Under the pieces are notes generated by a model, which searched no databases, was not told the DNA's origin, and saw only the letters and a list, made by a program, of their open reading frames with translations. The translations under genes were made by a program, and so were the position numbers. From NCBI RefSeq assembly GCF_009914755.1, contig NC_060927.1: a stretch of DNA of 64,000 bases, one strand, 5' to 3'. Below, one piece after another: positions 1-16,302 of the stretch. Origin of the DNA: the human T2T-CHM13v2.0 reference genome, Homo sapiens. Position 1 is the first letter of the stretch. Each line of letters begins with the position of its first letter.

Positions 1-173
<173 letters not shown>

Positions 174-258
174 TCATTCCTTGCCTTTTTGGGGGAGTAT
201 ATTTAATTTTCAAAGTTTAAAATTAACCAACTACCTTTGCCCTTATTACAGACATTAC

Positions 259-321
259 CAAAACAAAAACAAAAACAAAACAAAAACAAACAACAACAAA
301 AAAAACCACAAAGACAAACAA
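259..321 (+). repeat. (CAAAA/CAA)n simple repeat
   Basis: Visible directly in the sequence. Confidence 0.85.
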
Positions 322-379
322 CTAAAGTAGAAATTTTAACTCTATTTCTATTGTTCCTGTCTTATAATTCTTGTTTTTA

Positions 380-1480
380 CAAGTTGTAATTTATGCAATT
401 ACAATGTTATATTGTAATTAAATCTTATGAGGTCCAATAACCATTTTTACTGCATGTCATGAATTTAATATTTGTTTACATTTATACACAGGTTTACCAC
501 TCTATTTGCTTTTCAATCTTTTTTATATCCTAGAACTTTCTAGAATCATCTTCTTTCTGACTGAGGTACATACTTTAGTGTACCCTTCAGTGAGAGTCTC
601 TGTTTATGTTTATCATAAAATGTCTTTATTTTGCCAACATTCTTGAGGGAGAATTTTCACTGGATATGGAATTCTAGGTCAGCATTTGTTTCCTTTCAGT
701 ATATTGAATATATCATTGTATTATCTTTGGTCTTCTGCTTTTACTCTTGAGAAATCCTCTTTGAGTCTACTGCCACTCCCTTGAAGTGGCAGTAGACTAT
801 CCTCTGGCTGCTTTTAAGATGTTTCTATTTGTTGCTGGTGTTCTTCAATTTTACTTTGACATGTCTAGGTGTGAACTTCAGTTTAAATATTTGGTATTTG
901 TTGGGCTTCTTGAATCTATGGACTGGTGTCTTAAACACTGATTCTAGAAAATCCTCATCCATTATTTCTTCAAATACTACCTCTACTTCATCTTATCTTC
1001 TCCTTCTGGAATTCAGATTAAGCACATGTTTAATCATTTCACTTTATCCTCTGGGTCTCTAAACCTTTCTTTCATGTTTTCCTTTTTGTTTGTTTTCTAT
1101 GCTACATTCTATATCATTTCTTCTGATCTACATTCCACTTACTGATTGTCTCTTCTACTGTGTCTAACCAATTCCCAAACCCATATGTTGTGTTTTAAAA
1201 TTTGGTTATTTTATTTTGCAGTTTCAAAAGTGCTATTTTGTTCTTTTGCAAATCTATGATGCTTCCTTGTAGTTTTCTCTTCCTGTAGATATTTTCAAGG
1301 TTGTTTTATTTAAGTATTGTAGGAATGTTTATTTTAAAATATGTCTCATAATTTCAATATCTGAGGCCTATGTGGATTTGTCTCTATGGTCTTATGTTGC
1401 TTTGTTGTATTGTGCCTTTGATTATATTTGGCTGGGGCTACCCTTTGACCTTGAAAATAATAATAATAATAATTCTTATT
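380..1480 (-). mobile_element. Old L1M fragment
   Basis: T-rich antisense L1-like sequence (aatgtctttattttgcc...ggaattctagg...attatttcttcaaata). Confidence 0.6.
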
Positions 1481-1481
1481 G

Positions 1482-1774
1482 TTTTTGAGATAGGGTCTCA
1501 CTCTGTTGCCCAGGCTGGAATGCAGTGGTGCAATCATGGCTCACTACAGCCTTGACCCCCTGAGTTCAAGTAATCCTCCCACCTCAGCCCCCTGAGTAGC
1601 TGGGACTACAGATGCACCACTACCAAGCACAGCTAATTTTTAAATTTTTTTTTTTGTAGAGACAGGGTCTCCCTGTGTTGCCCAGGCTGGTCTTGAACTC
1701 CATGGCTGAAGTAATCCTCCCACCTCAGCCTCCCAAAGTGCTGGGATTACAGGCCTGAGCTGCCACTCCTAGCC
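1482..1774 (-). mobile_element. AluJ-type
   Basis: Full antisense dimer. Confidence 0.92.
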
Positions 1775-2212
1775 TGACGTTGAATATTATTTGAGAGGAT
1801 TTCCCAAGTTTAGGATAAATATACCCTTATTCCAAGATAATTTTGAGTTTGCTTCTGTCAGATATGTAGCTGCAATATTAGTTCTGTATAATGCTCTAAT
1901 TAATCACCTTAAGTTTATTGGACTAATCTTGTGACACAAATTTAGAACATAAATCCACACTAGGGCTAGCCTCTGCTTACAACCTATCAGGGATGGGTTG
2001 TTAGTTATTCCTGCCTTGCTCAGCATCAAGGTACTTGTCCCTACACCCCCCTGAGAATTCAGAGGGGTTCCTCTGAGGGGAATTCAAGGGCGTTGCTCAG
2101 GGGGGAATTCAAGGGGTTTGCTTTCCATCTGTTATACTCCTACCCTGACAAGTGCATCCCCCAGCTAGGGCCACTCAGCTTAATGTGGGTCAGTTTCCTA
2201 TTAGACTTCTCA

Positions 2213-2962
<750 letters not shown>

Positions 2963-3018
2963 TCAGCTTTTTAATGCTGTACGATGGAGGATTTGTCAGT
3001 TTTTTTGTGTTTGTATAA

Positions 3019-3800
<782 letters not shown>

Positions 3801-4336
3801 CAACTCTCTATTTTTAATGATGCTTTAAAAATTAAAATGTGTTTGTTTTTCTGTTATCACTTGCAAGTGGAGCTTTAAGTTAGTGTGTGATTTTCCATGT
3901 TCCCTTTTGCCTGCTTTGGCAATTATGGAAGCAGCGCCTCAGGCGGTAGCTGCTCTGTCGGCTGCTCCTGCTCATCGTTCAGGTCTCAGTTTGGAGACCT
4001 GTAGCAGATGCTGCTGATGCCCATCCAAATTTCCTTTATGGATTGGGTCCCAGAATGAAAACACTGGGCAATAGAGACCCCAAAATTGATTGGCAAAGGA
4101 CATGTAGTAAGGATAAGAAATAAATCTTTTTGTTGTAAGCTACTAAGGTTTGGGTGTTGCTTGTTATGTAACATAACTTAGCTTATATTGACTAACACAG
4201 AAATATTGGGCAAATACTTCAAAAATATTTTCCTTCTTACACAATCATACAAGACCCTTCACATTGAGCTCCCTGATATTATTGCAGCCCCATGTGTTCT
4301 CAACACTGCCCATCCCCGTCACCTATGTCGCCGTGA

Positions 4337-4690
<354 letters not shown>

Positions 4691-4764
4691 TAACCTGGAA
4701 TACTCTTCCCCTACTGTTCACCTGACCAACTATTGCTCATCACTCAAGTCTCAGTTTAGAGACC

Positions 4765-5300
4765 GACAGCAGATGCTGATGATGCCCACCCAACTTTCCT
4801 TTATGGACTGGTGTACCCAGTCCCCAGCTACCATGAGCGTTGGCTGCTAACAGCTCACAGATGCCCTCTTCTCTTTTTTTATGGCCAATTCCCTACTACC
4901 TCCCCACAGTACAACTAGTCCTCCCCTCCCACCAGTGGCAGCCTGCGGCCAATGGCTGGCTGACACGGATGGAAGGTTAAAAGACTGGCCCTCTTGACTC
5001 AAGGTGCATCCAATTTTGTGGTGAAATTAATGTGTGTGAGTTTCTCTGGAACTAGCAGCCTGATCTGACCTAGGCTAGATACATGAGGGAGCCAAGCCAA
5101 CATCAGTGGAGCCTGTTCCAGACCAGAAGAACCATATAGCAGAATCATGAACTAAACAGTTGGTTTAAGCTGAAAGTAGTCTCCTTGCTTACCTTTACTC
5201 TCTTGCCCTGCACCCTTCCCTCACTTCCTTTCTCCTTAGAGCATCCCCTCTGTAAACCACGTGCACACAAAGCCCTGTCTTTGGCTCTGCAGTAAGACAG
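4765..5300. mobile_element. LTR16-like (ERVL) LTR with a nested MLT fragment
   Basis: gcagatgctgatgatgccc...gcctgcggccaatggctggctgacacgg...aaagccctgtct. Confidence 0.5.
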
Positions 5301-5692
5301 AATGCCTGGCTGCCCAGGCCTGGATTGTGAACCCCTCTTCTGCTGCTCTGCCACTCTGTACTGTCTCTCACTATGGTGCCCATGAGACTGCATTGAACTG
5401 TCTATTTACTTATCTCTTCTACTAACTAAACCTTTTGAAGGCATAGGTCATGTTTTTATTATTATTGCTATTGATAGTATCTCAATACTCTTTTAAAAAG
5501 AGACTGAGAGATGGGGTGATAAAGTGGTTATCATTTTATTCTCAATGCCCAGCATGTATTAGGTACACCTTAATAGTTGAATGAATGAATGAGTGAAAGT
5601 TGTCCTGGATTTAACAAAGAGATGCAGGCTACAAGCATTTTTGCAGAGAATATTGGAGCTTAATAACATTTCCATAAAGAATGGATCTTAGA

Positions 5693-5997
5693 GGCTGGGT
5701 ACGGTGGCTCATGCCTGTAATCCCAGGATTTTGGGAGGCTGAGGCAGGTGAATCATTTGAGGTCAGGAGTTTGAGACCACCTGACTAACATGGTGAAACC
5801 CCATCTGTACTAAAAAATACAACACAATTAGCTGGGTGTGGTGGTGCATGCCTGTGTCCCAGCTACTTGAGAGGCTAAGGCAGGAGAATTGCTTGAACCC
5901 AGGAGGCAGAGGTTGCAGTGAGCCAAGATTACGTCATTGCACTACAGCCTGGGTGACAGAGCAAGACTCCATCTCAAAAAAAAAAAAAAAAAAAAAA
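5693..5997 (+). mobile_element. AluS
   Basis: Dimer with A22 tail; TSD ggatcttaga. Confidence 0.93.
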
Positions 5998-8481
5998 GGA
6001 TCTTAGAGACTTTTAAGGTGCAAAGACCAAGGACTTAAGTGATAGGCTCACTGAAATGAAGAAGGGGAAATTTCAGTGTATAAAAAACATGGGAGCAGAA
6101 AATGGCAAAATTGGTCACTAAGAGAAAGAGGAAGAGTTGGGACCAACGTGTTGTTGAAGTGTCCTGCTCAGTGAGGAGGGACTGAAAGTTCAGTTCACAC
6201 CTGCTGTATGGTATTCACATTCTACATATGTTACTATTCAGATAACATGGGCACTGACGTTTTATATCAGAGTGAAGAGTTGGTTGCTTTCAAAAGCATT
6301 GCTCTATCTGAATTCTTGAGATGGGTGGCTCCTTCCTAGCTATTAAGAGGCAAAATTCTGGTGCCCAGAGTGGAAAGAAAACCAGACAGTTAATCTCAGT
6401 CTTTTTACTCTGTCCTCCACTTCTGTTTCCTGAACAATCAGAATTCCATCTTTTACCAGGTTGGCTTTTGTAGAGTTTGCAGTGAACTGAGATGAATCTG
6501 CAGTGACTTCAGGACAGGATCTGGAATATGTATTTCAACAATATCTTCCTGTTATCAGCCTATCAGGCAATCACAGAAGCTTTTAATAGAAAGCTAGATA
6601 AAACTAGTCCTCCACCTAACAACTGTTTTTTCCTGTTTTTTTTTTCTACAAGCTCTTTTTTTCTTGTAGATATTTAGTACTGCAAAAATCCCATCTAGTG
6701 GAAGCCCTTGGCATGGTAAGGTTTGGTTCCAGGTAATCACAATTTTAGGGTACAAAACCATGAAAGACTTATCAAGATCACTGGGGTGGGGGTGGGGTGC
6801 TGGCAGCAGCACAGTGACCTCTGGTCCACTACAAATAAACTCTTCAGAGAGTTTCTTGAGTATTTTACCATATTTGTCCTTTGGACTTTGCAAATGGCTT
6901 CTTGATATCTGCCGATCATGGCAGACAGTGGACAGATGAACCCAGTTGCCCACCAGGGAAGTTGTGATGTTCTTAGCATCAGAAGGCCTCAGGTTGATGT
7001 CAGTCTGTGGTGCTTCTCTGCCCTCTCTCATGTCTCCTCAGCCCGTTTCACCTCAAGGAAGAGCTCCCCTCCAGAGAAAAACCGAGAGTCATCATTTGCC
7101 TGCTCAACTATGAATAAAGTTCCACGTACCTTCTCTCTGCTCACTTCTTTCAGAGGCACTTCCGGCTCACGAAACTCTTCAGCTAAGTTCCTGGGGAATT
7201 TGCTGAGTGTCAAAACATGAATTAAACCAGAAGAGATATGATAGTGGGTTTTGTCTGAGAGGGATGCCCAGCCTTGTGAATAAGTCATCTTCCAGTGTGG
7301 AGGATTGCTTGCTCCCTGACCTGTATCCACTGGGGACCCACATATACCGGGCATTCTGCTCACCAGAGACACACACAAGACTCATGGGTCAATCACCAAA
7401 ACCTGGGGCCACAGCTCAGACCTGATCTGTCATGTCAGACAAGGCTGAAATATTGTTCTTCTGTGTTGTGAGTTTTCTCAAATACAATACAAAACTTTCT
7501 CCTTGCAGCTCAATCAAGGCAATCTGCATAGTAAGAAGAGTGTGGGATTTGGAGGCAAGAGACTTGGGTGTGAGTTTCAGGCCCCTGATTTTGTGTAAAT
7601 CACAATTCTTCCTACCTCTTGATTTTCCTAAACTGTAAACTGAGCTGCATGCCACCCGCCCTATTTCTTCAAAAGGTTCTTATAAAGACTGAATGAAATA
7701 CTGTATGCAAAAATAACACATTAAAACCACTTTATGAATGTTATTATTCTTATTAAGCACCATCAAAGTTGAAGACATGAACCTAGAAACTTCAGAGGAC
7801 AAAAGATATGTGAAAATAACCAATTTTTCAGGATACTACCATCTGGTTGGAGATAGCTCTGATCCCTGCATCTCTCCTGCCTCATCTCTGTTCATTCCAA
7901 CCCCAGTCAGATTGAGGTACATGCCACCAATTTCTGGAATTCTCCATTGTCTCTCCAGACCCTGGATCTCTGCAGATGCTGCCTCCCTCTGAGAAGCACT
8001 TTCTGCTCTACTCATGCCTATCTTTTCTCCTTCTTCTCTTATTCTTCACCTGGCTCAACTCCAGGAAGCCTGCCCTGACCAGTCTCTGCTCCACATCAAG
8101 TCTAAGACTGGATTCAGCATGCTCACAGCACTCTGATCTCATCGCTGTCATTGTCTACCCCTCACAAGCTACATGGTTCATTAATAGATCTGTGCGCTCC
8201 CTGAGGGGCAAGAAATGTGTCCTACACAGTGGCATGGGGTTTAGAGTAAGTATTGAATGAATGTCTATTGGGTAAATGAAAAAAACAAAACAAAACAAAC
8301 CCACCTACTAAAATAGTTAAATGCTGAGGGGCTTATCCATCACACTAGAAGGGATACACCCTGAAACCTTGGGGACTCCTCACTGGGCACTTCTTGGGAC
8401 ACTTCCTGATTTCAAAGTCCCCAGAAAAGAGGTCAGGTGGTCCACGACAGCCAAAGCACTCTGGTAAAAAGATCCTATTGC

Positions 8482-8804
<323 letters not shown>

Positions 8805-9219
8805 TTAAAGAAAGTTGAAGTAAATTGGACAGACTGCACCTCTTGATCAGAAATCGTATCAAAAGATTTCACCCAAAGAAACAGAAACCACATTGAGCTT
8901 TGTGTGCAGTGCCCATCATCTCATACCTCCATAAACTCTGACTGGTGGGGGGTTCACACAGTGGATTTCCTGCCTGTGTCCAGTTAATTCCCCTCAGTTA
9001 ATATCTGGTGAGACCACCGGGGCCTGGCAATTTGCAAAAAGAGACAAAGGGATCCAATTCACTAAACACAGGCTAAATGAACCACTTAGCCAATGGCCTC
9101 CTGCTCCTTACCAGTGGGGCCTTGGACCTCAATTCATGCTTGCTGGGCTTTCAGACCTTTAGTGAAATGGATGGAAATACACAAATTGGAGTGTGCTACA
9201 ACATAGCACTGGGTGCACA

Positions 9220-9757
9220 TGTGATGATTTCTTAAAAATGGCCACACATTCTTTGTCATTTCTCCCATCCAAGGATGGGGATCTGTGTTTCCTCCCCTTG
9301 AATCTGGGTTATGACTACTTTGACCAGTAGAGTACAGTGGACTGATGCTATGTGACTTCTGCATCTAGGCCTTAAATGGCCATGCAGCTTCCACCTGCTT
9401 CTGTTGCAATGTTCACTCTCTGGAAGCTCCCTTCTGGAACATGCCATCAGAACCCAGCTACTGTGTTATAAGAAGCCTGAGTCACATGGAAAGACCACTT
9501 GTAGATGCTCTGTTGACTGTCCTAAGTGGCCTTAAACTTCAAGTCATCCTGGCCCAAATAGCAGGCAAGTGAGTGAAGGAATTGCCAGATGGTTCTGGTA
9601 CCCAGCAGAAGCCCCAACGTCACAGAACAAAGACAAGCCATCCTTGCTGGGCTGTCCAAATTCCTGATCCATAGAATCGTGTGCATAACAAAATAGTTGC
9701 TTCATGCCACTTAAGCAGACTTACTGGTTTATTATGCAGCAACAGACAACAGCACAC
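9220..9757 (+). mobile_element. MLT1 (MaLR) solo LTR
   Basis: Starts tgtgatgatttcttaaaaatggccac; ends ggtttattatgcagcaacagacaacagcaca. Confidence 0.75.
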
Positions 9758-11086
9758 ATTGCAACCCATGATGATGAGAAATGCCCCGTGGGCAAGGAAT
9801 TCAATATGTTGGCACTGGAAAGTTGCTTACGTTTTGAGAACAAGCCAACAGAATCTTCAAGGAATCAGAGCACTGAAGAAGTCCACACTAGGGCCTTTAA
9901 GTCCAAACCCTGGATGTCGAGTCTTTTCCGTAGGCTCACGCTGCCCTCCAGCAGTCTCTGGTTAATGCTGGAGAGGCTTGGTGAATGATGCCCCTTCACC
10001 TTTCTACAGGACCTCTTCCTCCCCTTTGGGTCTGGTCTGTGTCATGTTTTATACTAGACTGTCTCCTTCACCTTTGTGTCCTCAGCCAAGCACAGTGGCT
10101 GGTCAGGAGGAGAACCAAGTTGTTGAACTGAACACAAAGGGATGCAGGGAAAGGATGGAGCATCCTAGGTGTCATTTCTTCCCTCTTGTCCCCCAGGTTT
10201 CCAGATGATCAGTTACCTGCTTCTGTGGTGGAATATGATAGGAAAGACTCAAACTAGCATTTAGTAAGCAGCTACTACATGGCAAATGCTATACAAGGTA
10301 CTTTTATGATGACCTCATTTAATTTTAAAACCCCACAAGGTGGCCACCACATTTAGGAGAATAAGAAATTTAGACTTACACGATTCCCTTGCCCGAGACC
10401 ATGCTGATGGAAAGTGATGGAGCAGGAACGTGACCCTGGGTTTCTGTCCTCAAAGCCTGTCCTGTTGTATCTTAGGAGACAGTGCTGCTGGTTTGGGAGT
10501 TTGGAGGAATGAAGCTGGTGGGAGGCCTGCTCACACGTGGGAAAGCCCCTTGTGGTGCAAACAGAGCAACTGTCTGGTGAGGAATCAGTTCAGAATCTTC
10601 ACCGGGCATTCACAGACAACCAGAAAGCTGCTGGGCATCCACTTCTAACAAAGGTCAGGGCCAGTGGGCTGAAGGGCAAGGGACATCTGGGGAAGTATTG
10701 CTCAGTCAGACCAAGAGCAGGGGCTAGGCCAAAACCCAGAAACCACCTGGCCCCACTGTCTGGACATCGGGGCGATTTTCCTTGCAGCCCATGTGCTGAT
10801 GGTCCACACCAGCTGTGTGTGCTACCACAGACCAGTCAGGATCCCTCAGACTGACTAAAAAGGTGATTTCAGAAAATGACTTCTTTTTCATAAAGAAGAG
10901 AAATAAAGACCACATGAGATCATTTCCTATTTGTGTCATTTGACAGAAGACATATTTCTTGTTGGGGAAACAATGAAAAAAAACCCCACCTCGGATTAGC
11001 ATTAAACAATTTCATTCTGAATAAACTGGATTTGCTGAGAAACAAAGATAAACAGACTGACAATGACAGATAAAGAAAGTAGGTAG

Positions 11087-11737
<651 letters not shown>

Positions 11738-11799
11738 CTAAGGGTAATTCTGCCTCCTCTTCATTATTCACTATCTTCAAAAAAGATATTCTGAAATTG

Positions 11800-12120
11800 T
11801 TTAACAGTTCCTTAAACAGTTCAATATAAATTACTATACGACTAAACAATCCCTCTCATGGGTATCTATCCAAGAGAAATGAAAACGGATGACTACACAA
11901 ATAACTGTATATGGATGTTCATATCAGCATTCTTCATAATAGTCAAAACTGGAAACCATTCAAGTACCCATCAGCTGGCAAATGGATAAACAAAATGTGG
12001 TACATCCATACAATGGAATGCGACTCAGCAACACACAGGAACACATTCCTGAACATGCTACAACATGGAACAAACCTCACGGTATGCTGAGAGAGATCAG
12101 ACACAAATGACTACATTGTG
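11800..12120 (+). mobile_element. L1M 3' fragment
   Basis: gtatctatccaagagaaatgaaa...tggataaacaaaatgtggtacatccatacaatgg. Confidence 0.75.
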
Positions 12121-12402
12121 AGGCCGGGCACGGTGGCTGAAAGATAAATTTAATATAAAAGGTTTAGATAGTAGGTAATAAAAGTACTCCCCTTATTATT
12201 TTCCAAAGGTAGCATCCATAGAGAGAGTTGCATTTTCAATCAATTCGTGGACAGATCTGAAATAAGGTTATTGAGAGAAATCAAGAATGACTGAAGGCAC
12301 ATCTTATTTTAGGAAGAACATTGTAGCAGGCAAAATGTGTGCCCATGAGAGGCAGTGTAGAGTTGGATGGGTTGAGGGGAGTCCAGAGTCCAGGTGGCAC
12401 TA

Positions 12403-12849
<447 letters not shown>

Positions 12850-13474
12850 TCAACTCTGCCTCTTGCCAAAGTTTTAAATATTTTCAATTGTAAAATGGAC
12901 TTATTGCTATTTGACCTTACAGTGTAGTTCTGAAGACTGAATGAGTGAAATATAAGGCAAGTGTACACGCTGATGAGGCAACCACACTCCACTGCTCGTG
13001 CCTTCTGGAGATTCTCTGCTTGTCTCTAGGGCAGGGGAACTGCAATTCACCAATGTACATATGCTTTAAAAGGAGTCATTTCACATTTCTTTCCAAAGCT
13101 TATCACTGTTTGGCCATGGTTCTTGAGTATCATTTTATGTTTTTGGTAACTGTGCAGTGGAGGAGTAATGAAATGAGGGTATGAGTCCATGTAGCACCTC
13201 CTTCGCCCTGTGATCTGCCCAAACATCAAATGGTGCAGAACATCTAGAAAAAGGTACTATGGAAAAACGTCCTTAACTAAGTTCCAGTGTTTGTTTCGGC
13301 TCATCTATGCCACTTGCAGCTGGCTCAACCTGTGTTTAAAGACTCACTGTTCAATCTCAGATATTTATTAGTTGTGCCTATGACAGAGGGAAAAATATAC
13401 CACCAAGAAAACATTACAGATTGACATAAAAAAACTTTCCTTTCTCCCTCCTTAAAAACAAAACAAAACTACAG

Positions 13475-13638
13475 GGCCGGGTGCAGTGGTTCATAACTGT
13501 AATCCCAGAACTTTGGGAGGTCAAGGTAGGAAGATCACTTGAAGCCAGGAATTCAAGGCTGCAATGAGCTACAATCATGCCATTGCACTTCAGCCTGGGC
13601 AACAGAGCAAGACCCAGCCTCAAAAAAAAAAAAAAAAA
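13475..13638 (+). mobile_element. Alu monomer (FRAM/FLAM-like)
   Basis: About 150-bp monomer plus A-tail. Confidence 0.8.
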
Positions 13639-14494
13639 TTACATATTCCCAGTATATAATTAAAAATACAGATAAGAAAAAGCAAGCAATCTCTCAAATA
13701 CTTAGCATCCAGATATAAGTATATGAACATTTTTAAGTTATTCCTAACCTTTCTTGTGCAACACAAGCATGTATTAATATTTATGTATGCAATGTGTACC
13801 CGGACACTAGAGCCAGACTACCTGGGCTCAAACCCTGTCTCGCCACATACATCTGTGAGATCTGGTAAACCGGCAGGATGACAGTATATTCCTCAGTGTT
13901 CTTGTGAGGGGCAAGTGAGTTAAACATAAACTCAGAACTGTGCATGGTGTAGAACAAGTCCTCAACAAATGAGAGCTACTGCTCCATGTCAGGACAGGAA
14001 TATCAGAAACACCACATCCTTTCCTATCTGTGCACATACACAGCACACACACACGTGCATGCCTGACTACTGACATGTGTATAGGCCTGTACTGTGTGAA
14101 TATGTGAAGTTCTTATGTTGAAACACACAAAACGGGATCCAATTTAAGGTAATCTGTTTTTTCATGTATCAAAAAATTTGCATATAAGTATAGATCTCTC
14201 ACCATTTTAGTGGCTAAAATACTATGCTTCTATATAGATATACCATACTATGTACACTGTGCAACTGTTAATCATTTAGATTGTTTGCATAATTGTTTTG
14301 AGCTGTATTTATAGGTTATCTAGTCCAAAAGCAAGTCAAATAACGATCAGAAAAGCAGCAGTCCACAGATCAAACCAAGACTATTTTCCATCCTTTTGAA
14401 CTTCAAGTTAGTGAAGTGGTTTATTCAGCCCACTCAAGTCTAGTTATGATTTAAGTCAGACCATGTAATTCAATACCTGCACATTAAAAACAGT

Positions 14495-14818
14495 GACATC
14501 ATCATTTGAGTACAAATTTTATTTAACAAAAAGGTAACATGATTCTTCCAAAATAAAAATCACTACCACCTTTAAAGCTTCCATTCCAGCCCTGCAGATA
14601 TGTATGCACGTTACTGTGCTGTCAGCCCCTCACACATTCCAGGTGGTCCCTGAAGGTGGGGCTTTGGCACTGCAGGGATGCAGGGAAACCTCAGGTGAAA
14701 ATGCACATCCTAAATTCCTTTTCCATTTCCACATTCCAATCAGTGAAATGTGGCATGACAGGGAGGATCTGTGAGGTATGTTCAGGGTAGAATCCCTCAA
14801 AGACACAGGCTTTCATCA
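14495..14818 (-). other. GLB1: GLB1 3' UTR (cleavage site approximate)
   Basis: Lies between the stop codon and the AATAAA at 14518-14523; end placed about 20 nt past the signal. Confidence 0.8.
14518..14523 (-). terminator. GLB1 polyadenylation signal AATAAA
   Basis: tttatt on the + strand about 300 nt past the stop; a second AATAAA lies at 14420-14425. Confidence 0.85.
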
Positions 14819-15118
14819 TCATACATGGTCCAGCCATGAATCTTTGTTTTTTTGCGGGGGTGGGGGCATGAGTCTTTTTTCAACAGGTTTGGAGGGATGA
14901 TCGTAGGTCACAGATGAGCCAATAACTGGCCTGTCCACGAACGTCACAGCACATAGTTCTGGATCATCACTGCTGCAGGGTGCCCACTCCAGTTCCAGCA
15001 CGGTGATGGTGTTTGGGGCCGAGGTCATCAGGATGTGCTGGGGCACAAACAAGGTCAACTGAGGGCCCCGGGCTGGCCAATAGCGGCCAAGGTTAAAGCC
15101 ATTAATCCAGACCTGGCC
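14819..15118 (-). CDS. GLB1: GLB1 exon 16, coding part (99 aa + stop)
   Basis: [26 protein letters not shown]...[13 protein letters not shown] is the GLB1 C-terminus; (CT)n tract plus ccAG acceptor at 15119-15140. Confidence 0.99.
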   Translation of the reverse strand, partial: GQVWINGFNLGRYWPARGPQLTLFVPQHILMTSAPNTITVLELEWAPCSSDDPELCAVTFVDRPVIGSSVTYDHPSKPVEKRLMPPPPQKNKDSWLDHV

Positions 15119-15995
15119 CTGGAGAGAGAGAGACAGAGAACCATCAACCCCAGATGCACCGAAAGCCCTGAGGAAGGTGGGGGCCCTGATGTAGGGCAGG
15201 CCAGCAGCAATGGAGGAAAGAAATGCCCCCAGAAAGGCGAGGCTGACAGCCAGGCCCATGCCAGCCTTGGTTTTAGCTTCTTGCTGGGATAACTGGCCAA
15301 GGTGGGAAGAAGGTGGATGCCCCCATCCACCTTCTTTGGGGCAACAAAAACTTGCCCCAAAGACCCACTCCTGCTTCAGGAAAATACAGGTTTGGTCCCT
15401 CTGACGGGCTTCAGTGGCCACAGATGTTGGTACCAGAGAACAGTGTGGAAATTTCTGAATTTCATCCTGGTTCCCAGGTGCTGCCTGTACCCACAGACCA
15501 GCCTCTCCCTGACTTTTCTGTACACAGAAGACAACTGCTGAACTGCTTCCTTAAATAGATCTTTTCCTTCTTTGTTCTCCTTTCCCAGAGGCAGGTCTTG
15601 ACCTCACTATCTGCTGTACACCTGGTGAACACAGGGAACAGAGGACTCCAGGGCCTGCATCCTGAGGTCAGACAGGTACCAGGAGTGGTCCCCAAAACAA
15701 CCCCTCAAGAGGGATAGGGGGGTTTGGGGTGAGGGAGAGGAAGAGGCTTATCCAGTTGGGTGTCTATATTACTGCTATGTTCTAAGGACTCTTACAGGCA
15801 CCCTCAGAGTTAGGGTGTGGACTCCATGTTTGGTTCAGGAGCAGAGGTGATGCTATAGGTTGCATAAACAATTTCTGTGAGTAGGGGAAGCTGCTTCCCA
15901 TAACAAAACTGAAAGTGGAGGATAAACTCCTAAAAAACAGGGACCATGTTTAGGTCTGTCTACACAGCCTCTCTGTATGTGCTAAAATTTGCTCA

Positions 15996-16302
<307 letters not shown>

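Noticed and set aside
6594-7378. Adjacent 145-aa and 116-aa minus-strand ORFs
   Set aside because: No recognisable homology or motif, and no TSD or poly(A) to suggest a retrocopy. Only the splice-like signals are reported.
15711-15735. G-quadruplex-compatible motif GGGATAGGGGGGTTTGGGGTGAGGG
   Set aside because: Such motifs are very common and nothing in the sequence supports a function here.
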